Positions 28,842-38,728 are shown, counted from the stretch's first letter. The stretch is 64,000 bases of DNA from an uncultured Eggerthellaceae bacterium (GCA_910577495.1 CAJTML010000002.1:4503-68502), one strand, 5' to 3'. Made by a program: numbers and translations. Notes: generated by a model not told the origin, from the letters alone.

Positions 28842-29948
28842 GTGATAGTTTCATGGATGACCACAAATAGGTGCAATCTGCGTTGCGTGCATTGCTACCA
28901 AGACGCTGAGGAAGCAACCGACAAAGAGCTTTCCACCGATGAAGCAAAAAAGATGATTAGCGAAATTGCGCGCGCAGGATTTAAGATCATGATATTTTCT
29001 GGTGGCGAGCCGCTGCTTCGACCAGATATCTTTGATCTTGTATCCTATGCCGCCTCGCTTGGGCTTCGCCCGGTATTCGGCTCAAACGGCACGCTCATTA
29101 CCCCCGAAGTTGCGCATCGTCTTAAGGAGTGCGGCGCGTGCGCCATGGGAATTTCAGTGGACAGTTTGGTTCCTGAAAAGCACGACAAATTCCGCGGCTT
29201 GGAATCTGCATATGAGCTAACCATGAAGGGCATTGACGCCTGTAAAGAAGCGGGGCTGCCGTTTCAGCTTCACACGACGGTGGTTGATTGGAACCGCGAC
29301 GAGGTGTGCGACATCACCGACTTCGCCGAAGAAATTGGTGCGCAGGCGCACTATATTTTCTTCTTAATTCCGGTTGGACGTGGCGAATACATCCAAGACA
29401 CCAGCTTAGAGGTGCTGGAAAACGAAGCGCTGCTGCGCGAGATTATGACGAAATCAGCTGAGGTTTCCATTGATGTGAAGCCGACGTGCGCACCGCAGTT
29501 CACGCGTGTGGCGAAGCAGCTGGGTATTGAGAACCGTTTTACGCGCGGGTGCCTTGCGGGACTGACGTATTGCGTCATCGGGAGCGAAGGCATTGTTCGC
29601 CCGTGTGCCTACATGACTGAAGAAGCGGGCGATGTTCGCGAACAACCCTTCGACGAAATCTGGGAAACCAGCCTCATTTTCCAACGTCTTCGCACACAAG
29701 CCTACGAAGGCGCTTGTGGCAGCTGCGATTACAAAGAGATGTGCGGTGGGTGCCGCGCGCGTGCAGCGTATTACCACGATGGCGATATCTTGGCGCAAGA
29801 CGATTATTGCGCGTATGGTCAAAACTCATCACTGAATAGGGGTTTACATGAAAAAGGTTTCAAAACAAGCAATCTTGTTGGTAGGTGCCGCACTAGCTTG
29901 CTCACTTGCGCTCTTCGGTTGCTCGCAAGCAGAGCAACCGCAGTCTGA
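28842..29948 (+). CDS. Radical SAM / SPASM-type protein of the AhbC-AhbD-NirJ (alternative heme / heme d1) family
   Basis: GTG start after GGGAGG. Motifs TNRCNLRCVHCY, FSGGEPLLRPD, KPTCAPQF, and C-terminal Cys motifs GACGSCDYKEMCGGCRARA...DDYCAY. The last ~40 codons overlap the next gene by 101 nt. Confidence 0.7.
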   Translation: MIVSWMTTNRCNLRCVHCYQDAEEATDKELSTDEAKKMISEIARAGFKIMIFSGGEPLLRPDIFDLVSYAASLGLRPVFGSNGTLITPEVAHRLKECGACAMGISVDSLVPEKHDKFRGLESAYELTMKGIDACKEAGLPFQLHTTVVDWNRDEVCDITDFAEEIGAQAHYIFFLIPVGRGEYIQDTSLEVLENEALLREIMTKSAEVSIDVKPTCAPQFTRVAKQLGIENRFTRGCLAGLTYCVIGSEGIVRPCAYMTEEAGDVREQPFDEIWETSLIFQRLRTQAYEGACGSCDYKEMCGGCRARAAYYHDGDILAQDDYCAYGQNSSLNRGLHEKGFKTSNLVGRCRTSLLTCALRLLASRATAV

Positions 29949-30906
29949 AACGGCAGACCCGACGACCGCGCCGGCCGAGCAAACTACCCCCGCTGATCAA
30001 GCCGACAACACCGCCACAGACGTAAAAGTGGATGACGAACAACCCGCCGGACCAGTGACGTTTACGGATGATATGGGTAACGAAGTCACCGTGGATAACC
30101 CCCAGCGCGTCGTTGCATGCATGGGCAGTTTCGCCAACGCGTGGGAGTTAGCAGGCGGTAAGTTGGTCGGAGTTTCTGATGATGCACTAACCTCTGATGG
30201 ATTTACGATCCAAAGTGCTGATGTTGCAACCGTGGGTGATTTTACCAACGTTAATTTGGAATCCATCGTCGCGCTTGAACCTGATTTTGTCATCATGACC
30301 AGCGGCACGGGTGGTCGCGGCGGAGACTCCAGCCAGGCAGACTTGCGCGAAGCGTTGGTGGCATCCGGCATCCCTGTGGCGTACTTTGAGGTGACCACTT
30401 TTGAGGACTACCTGCGCATGATGCGCACCTTCGCCGACATTACGGGCGACGAAGCTGCCTATGAGCAAAACGCCGGTTCATTGGAGGAGGCCGTCAAAAA
30501 AATCGTGGGCGAAGTCCCTGCTGACCAAGACGTCACCGCGCTGGTTATGACGACGTTTTCAGGTGGCACCCGCGTGCAGAATTCTGGCACGATGACGGGA
30601 GCTATGCTTGCTGACCTTGGTGTTCGCAATCTGGCCGACGAAAACCCCAGCTTGCTGAAAGACTTTAGTTTGGAATCAGTGATTGAGTTCAACCCGGATT
30701 ACATCTTTGTTATTCCGATGGGTAACGACGTTGAAGCGGCAACCGCAAACCTCAACGAAGCCACCGCCGCCAACCCGGCATGGTCAACGCTTTCGGCAGT
30801 ACAAAACGGCAACTACATCGTGTTAGATCCCATGCTGTTCTTGTCAAAACCTAATGCTCACTGGGATGACGCTTACCAGACACTCTTCGACGAACTCTAC
30901 AACTAA
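29848..30906 (+). CDS. ABC transporter substrate-binding lipoprotein, class III (iron-siderophore/heme/cobalamin type)
   Basis: Lipoprotein signal MKKVSKQAILLVGAALACSLALFGC. The body resembles the FecB/BtuF family (…VVACMGSFANAWELAGGKLVGVSDD…DFVIMT…). Confidence 0.75.
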   Translation: MKKVSKQAILLVGAALACSLALFGCSQAEQPQSETADPTTAPAEQTTPADQADNTATDVKVDDEQPAGPVTFTDDMGNEVTVDNPQRVVACMGSFANAWELAGGKLVGVSDDALTSDGFTIQSADVATVGDFTNVNLESIVALEPDFVIMTSGTGGRGGDSSQADLREALVASGIPVAYFEVTTFEDYLRMMRTFADITGDEAAYEQNAGSLEEAVKKIVGEVPADQDVTALVMTTFSGGTRVQNSGTMTGAMLADLGVRNLADENPSLLKDFSLESVIEFNPDYIFVIPMGNDVEAATANLNEATAANPAWSTLSAVQNGNYIVLDPMLFLSKPNAHWDDAYQTLFDELYN

Positions 30907-30965
30907 AAGGATCGGCGAAGGATTGGCGAAAAATCCGTGAAGGACGAGCAAGTAACGAGCGAAGC

Positions 30966-31976
30966 ATGAGCAAATCGGTGAAGTCGTCGAACAAACACAT
31001 CGTCGCATTAGCGGTGACGGTCATCCTGCTGGTTGCCGTCACCGTGGCGGCGTTTACCATGGGGTCGTCTTCGGTGAGCGTGGCGGAACTGTTCGCGTGG
31101 CTCACTGGGGGAGAACTCGCCCAAACCGCGCAAAGTATCATCGTTAATACTCGCGCGCCGCGTGTATTTGCGGCACTGTTGGCTGGTGGCGCCTTAGCTG
31201 CAGCGGGCGCTATCATCCAGGCTACGCTTGATAATCCGCTGGCCAGTCCTAATGTGATCGGCATCAATTCAGGTGCGGGTTTATTTGTTCTCATAGCAGC
31301 TTCAGTATTTCCGGGATTTTTGTGGCTACCCTCACTGGCGGCGTTTGTTGGAGCGCTTGTCAGTGCAAGTATTATCTTTGGGCTTTCTTTAGGTTCGGGA
31401 GTTTCGCGCCTGACGGTGGTCTTAGCTGGTATTGCTATCACCACCGTTTTTGGCGCGGGCATGAACACCATTCTCATCATCAATCCGGATGCCTACATTG
31501 GCTCGTCGACGTTTTTGGTGGGTGGCCTTTCAGGAGTGCTGGCGAAAGATTTAGTCTATCCAGCCATACTTATTCTCGGGGGAGTTGTGGTTGCAATTCT
31601 AACGGCGCCCGTGTTGAATATCTTGTCGCTTGGCGACGAAACCGCACACAGCCTTGGCATGAATGTCTCAATGGTACGGATGGGACTACTTGCCTTGGCT
31701 GCGGTGTTGTCGGGTGCTGCGGTGAGTTTTGCTGGATTGCTTGGTTTTGTGGGTCTGGTCGTGCCGCATGTGGTGCGCTTTTTGGTGGGGCACGACAACA
31801 AGTGGGTAATTCCGCTTTCCATTCTGGGCGGTGCGGCGTTTGTGGTGGGTTGCGACCTCATTGCGCGCACTGCCTTCGCCCCCTACGAAATTCCCGTGGG
31901 CATTTTGATGGCGTTTATCGGCGGGCCGTTCTTCATCTACCTGATTCTAAGGAACCGCAATGGCAGCCTTGATTAA
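30966..31976 (+). CDS. FecCD-family ABC permease
   Basis: 336 aa, polytopic. …RAPRVFAALLAGGALAAAGAIIQ…NPLASPNVIGINSGA… and the typical C-terminus GGPFFIYLILR. Confidence 0.85.
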   Translation: MSKSVKSSNKHIVALAVTVILLVAVTVAAFTMGSSSVSVAELFAWLTGGELAQTAQSIIVNTRAPRVFAALLAGGALAAAGAIIQATLDNPLASPNVIGINSGAGLFVLIAASVFPGFLWLPSLAAFVGALVSASIIFGLSLGSGVSRLTVVLAGIAITTVFGAGMNTILIINPDAYIGSSTFLVGGLSGVLAKDLVYPAILILGGVVVAILTAPVLNILSLGDETAHSLGMNVSMVRMGLLALAAVLSGAAVSFAGLLGFVGLVVPHVVRFLVGHDNKWVIPLSILGGAAFVVGCDLIARTAFAPYEIPVGILMAFIGGPFFIYLILRNRNGSLD

Positions 31977-32802
31977 CACGTCCACCACCACGCAAGCGGA
32001 AATGCAACAACCTGCAATTCAGCCACCCGCCATTGCATTTCAAGATGTCAGCTTTAGCTACCGACCTGATCGCGTCCTCATTGACCAGCTGAGCACGAAA
32101 ATTCAGCAAGGGTGCGTGACCAGCATCATTGGACCGAACGGCTCAGGTAAATCAACGCTTGTTAAGTTGGCGAATGGGCTTATCAAACCGCAACGCGGGA
32201 CAGTGTCAGTAGCGGGTCAAAACGTCGGTCATATGAGTGCGAAGCTGCGCGCGCAAACGATGGCGGTGCTGGCGCAAAGTATGCGTGTGCCGCAGATGAG
32301 TGTTGAGGCGTTGGTAGCGTGTGGTCGCCATCCGCACCAGAGTTTTCGCGGCGCGCCGAGCGAGCACGACAAAGCTGCTGTTGAGCGCGCGCTTCAGCTG
32401 GCAGGGGTTGAGGATATTCGCACCAGCCAGATGGCAAGTTTGTCGGGCGGTCAGCGCCAGCGTGCTTTTTTAGCTATGACGCTTGCCCAAGAAACCGATC
32501 TCATCTTACTTGATGAACCCACCACCTATCTGGATATTCGCGCGTGTCATGATTTAATGGAGCTCATTTGCACGCTTAATAAGACGCAACAAAAAACAAT
32601 CGTGATGGTTATTCATGATCTTGATCTGGCACTGCGCTATTCGGATCGGCTCCTTGTCATGGATAAAGGAACACTCCTTGGCGAAGGCACCACCGCAGAT
32701 GTTATGGCCAGTGGTGTAATAGAACGCGCATTCTCAATGGAGATCTGCCCGCATTCTTATCGGGGCGAACAGGGATATGTGCTCTATCCGTTTGAGGGCT
32801 AG
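31960..32802 (+). CDS. ABC transporter ATP-binding protein (FecE/FepC-like)
   Basis: Walker A GPNGSGKST, signature LSGGQRQRAFLA, Walker B LILLDEPT. It overlaps the permease stop. Confidence 0.88.
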   Translation: MAALINTSTTTQAEMQQPAIQPPAIAFQDVSFSYRPDRVLIDQLSTKIQQGCVTSIIGPNGSGKSTLVKLANGLIKPQRGTVSVAGQNVGHMSAKLRAQTMAVLAQSMRVPQMSVEALVACGRHPHQSFRGAPSEHDKAAVERALQLAGVEDIRTSQMASLSGGQRQRAFLAMTLAQETDLILLDEPTTYLDIRACHDLMELICTLNKTQQKTIVMVIHDLDLALRYSDRLLVMDKGTLLGEGTTADVMASGVIERAFSMEICPHSYRGEQGYVLYPFEG

Positions 32803-32807
32803 GTAGA

Positions 32808-33323
32808 CTACTCTTCCTCAAAATCCTGCGGTGCCAAGATCGCGATAAACTCGTGGAACTGATCCAGCTCCTCTTCCATATCCAGGCTGTTTTCGCGCTT
32901 TCGTAAAACATAGGGAAACGAGGCGCGCTCAAGCACACTCTCTTCAATGTAGATAGGCGCTTTTTGCCTGATGGCAAGTGCCATGGCGTCGCTCGGGCGT
33001 GCGTCCAACTCAATCAAGCGGTCATGTTGCTGTAAGGTGAGTCGGGCGAAAAAGGTTGTCCCTTTGACGTCGTTAATGATGACGTGATCAATGCGTGCGT
33101 CCAAATTGGTGAGCGCATCTAAAAACAGATCATGCGTCATAGGGCGAGAAAACCTGGTTTGTTCTAACGCCAATGAAAGCTGTGCGGCTTCATTAGTGCC
33201 AATCCAAATAGGTACCACGCGAAAAATACCAGGTTGCACTGCCTCTTCAAAAGGTTGTAAGACCACCACGGAGGAAACCGGACCGTTCGACACGATAAGC
33301 ATTTGGATGGAAACAGGAACCAC
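32808..33323 (-). CDS. Bifunctional nuclease family protein (DUF151-type)
   Basis: 171 aa. …VPIWIGTNEAAQLSLALE…RPMTHDLF…ARPSDAMALAIR…PIYIEESVLE matches the pattern of this family. Confidence 0.7.
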   Translation of the reverse strand: MVPVSIQMLIVSNGPVSSVVVLQPFEEAVQPGIFRVVPIWIGTNEAAQLSLALEQTRFSRPMTHDLFLDALTNLDARIDHVIINDVKGTTFFARLTLQQHDRLIELDARPSDAMALAIRQKAPIYIEESVLERASFPYVLRKRENSLDMEEELDQFHEFIAILAPQDFEEE

Positions 33324-33425
33324 AACGCCTTCTTTCGCCTGTGTTCAAAAAATATTTCTCCACATTATAAAATAGTTCTTGACCCGCACCTCTCGTTTGT
33401 TATAAAGTAGTCAAGCACTTTTCTT

Positions 33426-33502
<77 letters not shown>

Positions 33503-33512
33503 TTATGTTGCG

Positions 33513-33556
33513 ATAAACGCTCCACCGTGAGCCGAGTTAGCCGGTGGAGCGTTTAT
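33513..33556 (+). other. 15-bp perfect hairpin between the two tRNA genes
   Basis: ATAAACGCTCCACCG - 14-nt loop - CGGTGGAGCGTTTAT. It has no long U-tract, so it could be a processing element or a weak terminator. Confidence 0.4.
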
Positions 33557-33562
33557 TAACGT

Positions 33563-33638
33563 GGGGCGTTAGCTCAGCTGGGAGAGCGCGGGCTTTGCAA
33601 GCCTGAGGTCAGGGGTTCGATCCCCCTACGCTCCACCA
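33563..33638 (+). tRNA. tRNA-Ala (anticodon TGC)
   Basis: Acceptor GGGGCGT/ACGCTCC with the G3:U70 alanine identity pair, anticodon loop TTTGCAA, encoded CCA. Confidence 0.92.
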
Positions 33639-33647
33639 TGAAATTGT

Positions 33648-33677
33648 AAGCCGAACGGAAACGTTCGGCTTTTTTGT
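33648..33677 (+). terminator. Intrinsic terminator after tRNA-Ala
   Basis: AAGCCGAACG-GAAA-CGTTCGGCTT followed by TTTTT. Confidence 0.8.
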
Positions 33678-33692
33678 GATAAGGGACTACTT

Positions 33693-34256
33693 ATGAACCG
33701 GATTGAGGCACTGCGAATTCTTGGGTTAGACGAAGACGCCACGCAAGAAGACATCAAAACTGCCTACAAAGAGACGGTGCAAATCCTCCATCCTGACAAA
33801 TTCGCCAGCAATAAAAAATTGCAAGAGCGCGCCACAGAGCAATTCAAGAATCTCCAAGAAGCCTATGACTTTTTGACCTCAGCCAAAGGCAAACGGGCAG
33901 CAGCTAAAGAAAATCCCCGCGCCGCCAATTCAACCACCTACTCATACAGCCAGGTGGAAGCCAAGCTGGCCGGTATTGCTGCTGCGCGAACCCAGCTGGT
34001 AAAACAGCGCGACGTGGTATTGGATGAGCGACGCAACGGTATTGGCATGGCAGTCATCGGCGCGCTGGTGGCGTTGCTGTTTGGCAGACGCCCAGGCGTG
34101 TTCGCCGCGGTTGCAGGCATTGCGGGTGCGGCAGCCGTGTGGGGCATCGTGCAAATCGTGTCTTCGCAAAAAACGCTCACCACTTTAAACGAACATATTG
34201 CGCAGCTTCGCAAAGAGGAGCGCAAGTTAAGACAAAGCTTAGAAGAGGACGAATAA
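33693..34256 (+). CDS. J-domain (DnaJ-like) protein with a central/C-terminal hydrophobic hairpin
   Basis: ILGLDEDATQEDIKTAYKETVQILHPDKF (HPD motif). Hydrophobic GMAVIGALVALLFG...VFAAVAGIAGAAAVWGIVQIV. A coiled C-terminal tail. Confidence 0.75.
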   Translation: MNRIEALRILGLDEDATQEDIKTAYKETVQILHPDKFASNKKLQERATEQFKNLQEAYDFLTSAKGKRAAAKENPRAANSTTYSYSQVEAKLAGIAAARTQLVKQRDVVLDERRNGIGMAVIGALVALLFGRRPGVFAAVAGIAGAAAVWGIVQIVSSQKTLTTLNEHIAQLRKEERKLRQSLEEDE

Positions 34257-34259
34257 CCT

Positions 34260-36071
34260 ATGAAGCAGGAAAACATTCGCAACGTAGCCATTATTGCTCA
34301 CGTCGACCACGGCAAGACCACGCTGGTTGACCGTTTGCTCTACACCGCTGGTGTATTTCGCGAAAACCAACAGGTAGCAGAGCGCGTGCTTGACTCAAAC
34401 GATCAAGAGCGCGAGCGCGGCATCACGATTTTGTCGAAAAATATTTCGGTCACGTACAAAGACGTGAAGATTAACGTTATTGACACCCCGGGTCACGCCG
34501 ACTTCGGTGGTGAAGTTGAGCGCGTGCTTAATATGGCTGATGGTGCGCTGCTGATTGTGGATGCGTTTGAAGGCCCCATGCCGCAGACGCGTTTTGTGCT
34601 TCGCCATGCGCTTGATCAGGGTCTTCGCATTATCGTAGTCATCAACAAAATTGACCGCCCGGGTGCTCGTCCCGAAGAGGTGGTTGATGAGGTGTTCGAC
34701 CTCATGGTTGAACTTGAAGCAACCGATGAGCAGCTGGACTTCCCGGTCATTTACGCGTCTGCCATGAATGGCTATGCACGCTACAACCCCGAAGATGAGA
34801 ACATGAATATGGTCCCGCTTCTGGAGACCATTCTCAAGGAGGTGCCGGCTCCGGACTGCGAGCCGAACGGTCCGGTAGCGCTGCAAATTTGTACGGTTGA
34901 CCACTCAAGCTTCGTTGGTCGTATTGGCGTGGGTAGGCTGTTCAGCGGCACGATCCACAAGGCGGAGCCGGTGTTGGTTATCAAAAACGACGGCACGCGC
35001 TACAACACCAACATCAAGCAGGTCTTCACGTTTGAAGAGCTGGGCAAAAAAGAGCAGCAAGAAGTGCATGCTGGCGACATCGTTGCGGTAGTGGGTGTTG
35101 AAGACGCCGACATCGGAGATATGGTGACCAGCCGTGATAACCCGGTGCGCCTGGATCCGATTAAGGTTGAAGAGCCCACCATGGCAATTGTGTTTGAGGC
35201 TTCATCCAGCCCGCTTGTTGGTCGTGATGGCGAAATTGTCGGCGCGCGCCAACTTAAAGAGCGTCTTATGCGCGAAAAGGAGAGCAATATCTCCATGCGC
35301 ATTGAGGAGCTGGAAGACAAAACGGGTATTGAAGTTGCCGGTCGTGGCGTGTTGCATCTGTCGGTATTGATGGAGACCATGCGTCGCGAAGGCTTTGAAT
35401 TCCAGGTTGGTCGTCCGCGCGTGCTGATTAAGAAGGACGAAGCCGGCAACAAGCTTGAGCCGATTGAGGAAGCAACGGTGGATGTGCCAAGCGAGTACGC
35501 GGGCAAAGCTATTGAGGTGTTTGGCAGCGCCGGTGGTGAGATGGTTGACATGCACCAGCGCGGAGACCAGACACATCTGGTGTTCAAGATTCCGTCGCGC
35601 GGCACGATGGGTCTGCGCACGCGTCTTTTGAATGCAACGCGCGGCGAGGCCACGATGTTCCATCACTTCAGCGAGTATGGCGCGTATCGCGGAGACTTCG
35701 CTGGTCGCAAGAATGGCTCCATGATTAGCATGTCTACCGAAAAGTCGGTGGCCTATGCACTGGATACGCTGCAGGAGCGCGGCCGTCTGTTCGTCGGTCC
35801 TGGCGAGGACTGCTACGAGGGCATGATTGTTGGCGAATCTGCCAAAGAAGGCGACATGGTGGTCAACATTGCGAAGTCCAAGCAGCTGGGCAACCAACGT
35901 TCAAGCGGTGCCGACAAAGCAATTCAGCTGACCCCGCCAATTACGTTTACCTTGGAAGAGGCGCTTGAATATATCGAAGACGATGAGCTGGTAGAGATCA
36001 CGCCGAAAAACATTCGCCTTCGCAAGCGCATCTTGTCTGCGGTAGAGCGCAAAAAGGCGAACAAGCGCTAA
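34260..36071 (+). CDS. typA: Translational GTPase TypA/BipA
   Basis: 603 aa. [36 protein letters not shown]. Confidence 0.95.
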   Translation: MKQENIRNVAIIAHVDHGKTTLVDRLLYTAGVFRENQQVAERVLDSNDQERERGITILSKNISVTYKDVKINVIDTPGHADFGGEVERVLNMADGALLIVDAFEGPMPQTRFVLRHALDQGLRIIVVINKIDRPGARPEEVVDEVFDLMVELEATDEQLDFPVIYASAMNGYARYNPEDENMNMVPLLETILKEVPAPDCEPNGPVALQICTVDHSSFVGRIGVGRLFSGTIHKAEPVLVIKNDGTRYNTNIKQVFTFEELGKKEQQEVHAGDIVAVVGVEDADIGDMVTSRDNPVRLDPIKVEEPTMAIVFEASSSPLVGRDGEIVGARQLKERLMREKESNISMRIEELEDKTGIEVAGRGVLHLSVLMETMRREGFEFQVGRPRVLIKKDEAGNKLEPIEEATVDVPSEYAGKAIEVFGSAGGEMVDMHQRGDQTHLVFKIPSRGTMGLRTRLLNATRGEATMFHHFSEYGAYRGDFAGRKNGSMISMSTEKSVAYALDTLQERGRLFVGPGEDCYEGMIVGESAKEGDMVVNIAKSKQLGNQRSSGADKAIQLTPPITFTLEEALEYIEDDELVEITPKNIRLRKRILSAVERKKANKR

Positions 36072-36163
36072 AGGGATCTCGCCCGCGGTTGACGCCTTCG
36101 CCATCCGCTGGCGCCGCCGCCTTCGCCAAAATTATTACAAGTGAGCGCATAAGCTCGTAATCA

Positions 36164-36206
36164 ATGACCACTTTCGCCCGTAGTTTTATGAAGCGAAAGT
36201 GGTCAT
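36164..36206 (+). terminator. 14-bp perfect hairpin downstream of typA (terminator-like, weak U-tract)
   Basis: ATGACCACTTTCGC - 15-nt loop - GCGAAAGTGGTCAT followed by ATTGTG. Confidence 0.45.
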
Positions 36207-36342
36207 ATTGTGCACAGATAAGAATAACTTGCGCCATGTGAGAAAATACCGAAGGTTTGTACACCTGTTGTTCGTGGGCAGCAAGCGTATTCCTTGCAAA
36301 TCAACTTCATATAAAACATGCCCGCGTAAAAGGAAGGGATTT

Positions 36343-37629
36343 ATGAAAACAGCACGTTTTATGAAAGCGGTGTGCGCAGTTGGCGTTGTCGCCGCGTGCT
36401 CCTGGGGTCTTGCTGGTTGCGCAAGCTCAGAGACTTCAACAACCGTTACTGATGACTCAGTAGCTGCTACCGTGAATGGCACGCCAATCCCGGAGTCACA
36501 AATTACTGATTATATTGAGGGTCTTCGCCAGCAATACAACCTGGTTGAAGAGAGCGAGTGGGGCACAAACCTGGCGCAGATGCAGATGACCCCCGAATCA
36601 CTTCGAGAGAACATCATTAACCAGTACGCGCAGATGGAAGTTATCCAGCAAGGGGCAGAAGAAGCTGGTATCACCATTGATAGTGCAGAGATTGACACCT
36701 ATGTTGACGCGATGAAGTCAAACTATGGTGATGATGCGCAGTGGCAGCAGGCATTGGAAAGTGCTGGTATCACTGAAGAGCAGTATCGCGAAGAGATTGA
36801 GAACCAGCTCAAGGGTCAGCGTTTCATGGAGACCTTCGCAACTGAGGAAGAGCCTTCAAGCGACGAGCTGCTTCAGTATGGTCAGATGTATGCACAGTCC
36901 TACGATGGTGCAAAGCGCTCATCACACATCCTGTTTGATTCAGCTGACGAAGCCACCGCAAAAGAAGTGCTTGATCAGATCAACTCAGGTGAGCTTGATT
37001 TCGCTGAGGCTGCACAGCAGTACTCAAAGGACTCCAGCGCAACCAACGGCGGTGACGTGGGTTGGGATAAGATGACCAGCTTTGTTGAGCAGTATCAGAC
37101 CGCACTTGATGGACTTGAGGTTGGTCAGGTGTCTGAGCTGGTGACCACCGATTACGGTATCCACATCATCAAGTGCACCGACGAGTTTGTGGCCGACAAG
37201 ACTACCGATGACGAGGGCAACGAGGTCGGAACCATCAGCAGCATCGATCAGCTTCCTGAAGAGTGGGTTGAGCAAATCTCCACGCAGCTGAAGAGCCAGA
37301 AGCAAAACGAGGCCTATCAGCAGTGGGTAACGACGGCAGTTGAAGAGGCTGACATCGTAATTAACCCGATGCCCGAAGGTCTGCCTTACGCAGTAGATAT
37401 GTCTCAATATGAGTCTGAGGTTGAGCAAGAGGCAATTGACGAGAACGCTGGCGTTTCCTCAAATCAGGAGACCGAGCAGGTAACCGACGTTGAGTCTGAA
37501 ACCACCGAGGTTCCGGAAGACGCTTCCGCTGACACCGCTGGTGACACGGGCGACACTGCAGCCGCTGACGGTGAAGATGGCGAAGCTGAGGCTGGCACCG
37601 AGGCTCCTGCTGAGTCAACGACCAACTAA
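36343..37629 (+). CDS. PrsA/SurA-like parvulin-type peptidyl-prolyl isomerase lipoprotein with an acidic tail
   Basis: ATG after AAAGGAAGGG. Lipobox signal MKTARFMKAVCAVGVVAACSWGLAGC. Parvulin motifs SHILF...GGDVGW...YGIHIIK. Confidence 0.8.
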   Translation: MKTARFMKAVCAVGVVAACSWGLAGCASSETSTTVTDDSVAATVNGTPIPESQITDYIEGLRQQYNLVEESEWGTNLAQMQMTPESLRENIINQYAQMEVIQQGAEEAGITIDSAEIDTYVDAMKSNYGDDAQWQQALESAGITEEQYREEIENQLKGQRFMETFATEEEPSSDELLQYGQMYAQSYDGAKRSSHILFDSADEATAKEVLDQINSGELDFAEAAQQYSKDSSATNGGDVGWDKMTSFVEQYQTALDGLEVGQVSELVTTDYGIHIIKCTDEFVADKTTDDEGNEVGTISSIDQLPEEWVEQISTQLKSQKQNEAYQQWVTTAVEEADIVINPMPEGLPYAVDMSQYESEVEQEAIDENAGVSSNQETEQVTDVESETTEVPEDASADTAGDTGDTAAADGEDGEAEAGTEAPAESTTN

Positions 37630-37669
37630 GCGTGACGCGCACCCGCGCACACTAAAAGCGATACACTAC

Positions 37670-37700
37670 GAAGACCCGCCTCGGTGCGGGTCTTCTTTTT
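37670..37700 (+). terminator. Intrinsic terminator after the prsA-like gene
   Basis: GAAGACCCGC-CTCGGT-GCGGGTCTTC followed by TTTTT. Confidence 0.8.
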
Positions 37701-37722
37701 GAGGCGAGATGAGAGGATTGCG

Positions 37723-38520
37723 ATGAAGCCGCTTCTTGAAATACGCGATGCGCACGTCGTGCGCGGAGGTAAAGAGATCCTGATCGTGGACGACTTATGT
37801 CTGGGCGTCGGGGAGAAGGTTGCGGTGCTCGGTCCTAACGGTTCGGGGAAGTCTACGCTCATTCAGTTGCTTACGCGCGAAGTGCTGCCGCTGTATCGCG
37901 AAGAGCCGCCCGTTCGCTTTAAGGGCGAAGCGCGTGCGGTGCGTGCGGATGTTCGCAAGAGTTTGGGTGTTGTGTCGTCTACGATGCAAGACGAAATCAC
38001 CGTACATCTTCCTGTTGTAGAGGTGGTCGAAGGCGGTTGTTTTGGAACGCTCGGCCTGCCGTTTCATGTGCAAAGCACACCCATCACACGTGAGCGTGCG
38101 GTGGCCGCGATGGAGCTTTTAGGCGTGAACGAACTGGCGGATCGAGACATTATGACACTTTCAAGTGGCCAAGCGCGCCGGGTGCTTATTGCGCGAGCGT
38201 TGGCTGACGACCCCGAGACGCTGGTGTTTGATGAGCCGTGTTCGGGCTTGGATCCAGAGGGGATGCATTATGTGCGCGCGGCAATGCGCCGACTTGCCCA
38301 GGTAGGCAAAGGAATTGTGCTGGTCACTCATTATCCTGAAGATATTATTCCGGAGATCGATCGCGTTATTTTGTTACAGGATGGCGAGGTAGTTGCCGAT
38401 GGAGCCAAGCTTGAAATGCTTTCTTCTGAGCAGATGTCGCAGCTTTTTGGTGTTCAGTTACTAAGCGAATGCCGAAGTGTAGATGGCGATGAATATTTTT
38501 CTCTTGTGAGCTCGTATTAG
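37723..38520 (+). CDS. Orphan ABC-type ATP-binding protein
   Basis: The ATG at 37723 is chosen because the listed start at 37684 lies inside the terminator. Walker A GPNGSGKST, LSSGQARRVLIARAL, LVFDEPCSGLD. No adjacent permease. Confidence 0.8.
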   Translation: MKPLLEIRDAHVVRGGKEILIVDDLCLGVGEKVAVLGPNGSGKSTLIQLLTREVLPLYREEPPVRFKGEARAVRADVRKSLGVVSSTMQDEITVHLPVVEVVEGGCFGTLGLPFHVQSTPITRERAVAAMELLGVNELADRDIMTLSSGQARRVLIARALADDPETLVFDEPCSGLDPEGMHYVRAAMRRLAQVGKGIVLVTHYPEDIIPEIDRVILLQDGEVVADGAKLEMLSSEQMSQLFGVQLLSECRSVDGDEYFSLVSSY

Positions 38521-38574
38521 TGTTGTATACTATCTATTCGCTGCTCAATAAATAGTTGAGCGCGCATTCGCAGC

Positions 38575-38666
38575 GGAGAGATGTCCGAGCTGGCCGAAGG
38601 AGCACGATTGGAAATCGTGTATACGCCAAAAGCGTATCTGGGGTTCGAATCCCCATCTCTCCGCCA
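38575..38666 (+). tRNA. tRNA-Ser (anticodon GGA)
   Basis: Acceptor GGAGAGA/TCTCTCC, anticodon loop TTGGAAA, long variable arm, encoded CCA. Confidence 0.9.
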
Positions 38667-38728
38667 GATTATTCTGGCTTGTTCGTTAGCCTTTTAGATA
38701 TGCCGCAATATGCGGCAATCGCCCCTGC

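Noticed and set aside
35000-35897. Minus-strand ORFs 35000..35653 and 35202..35897, antisense to typA
   Set aside because: They overlap the strongly supported typA gene. Composition is low-complexity Arg/Ser/Ala-rich, and two mutually overlapping frames is the signature of GC-driven open frames.
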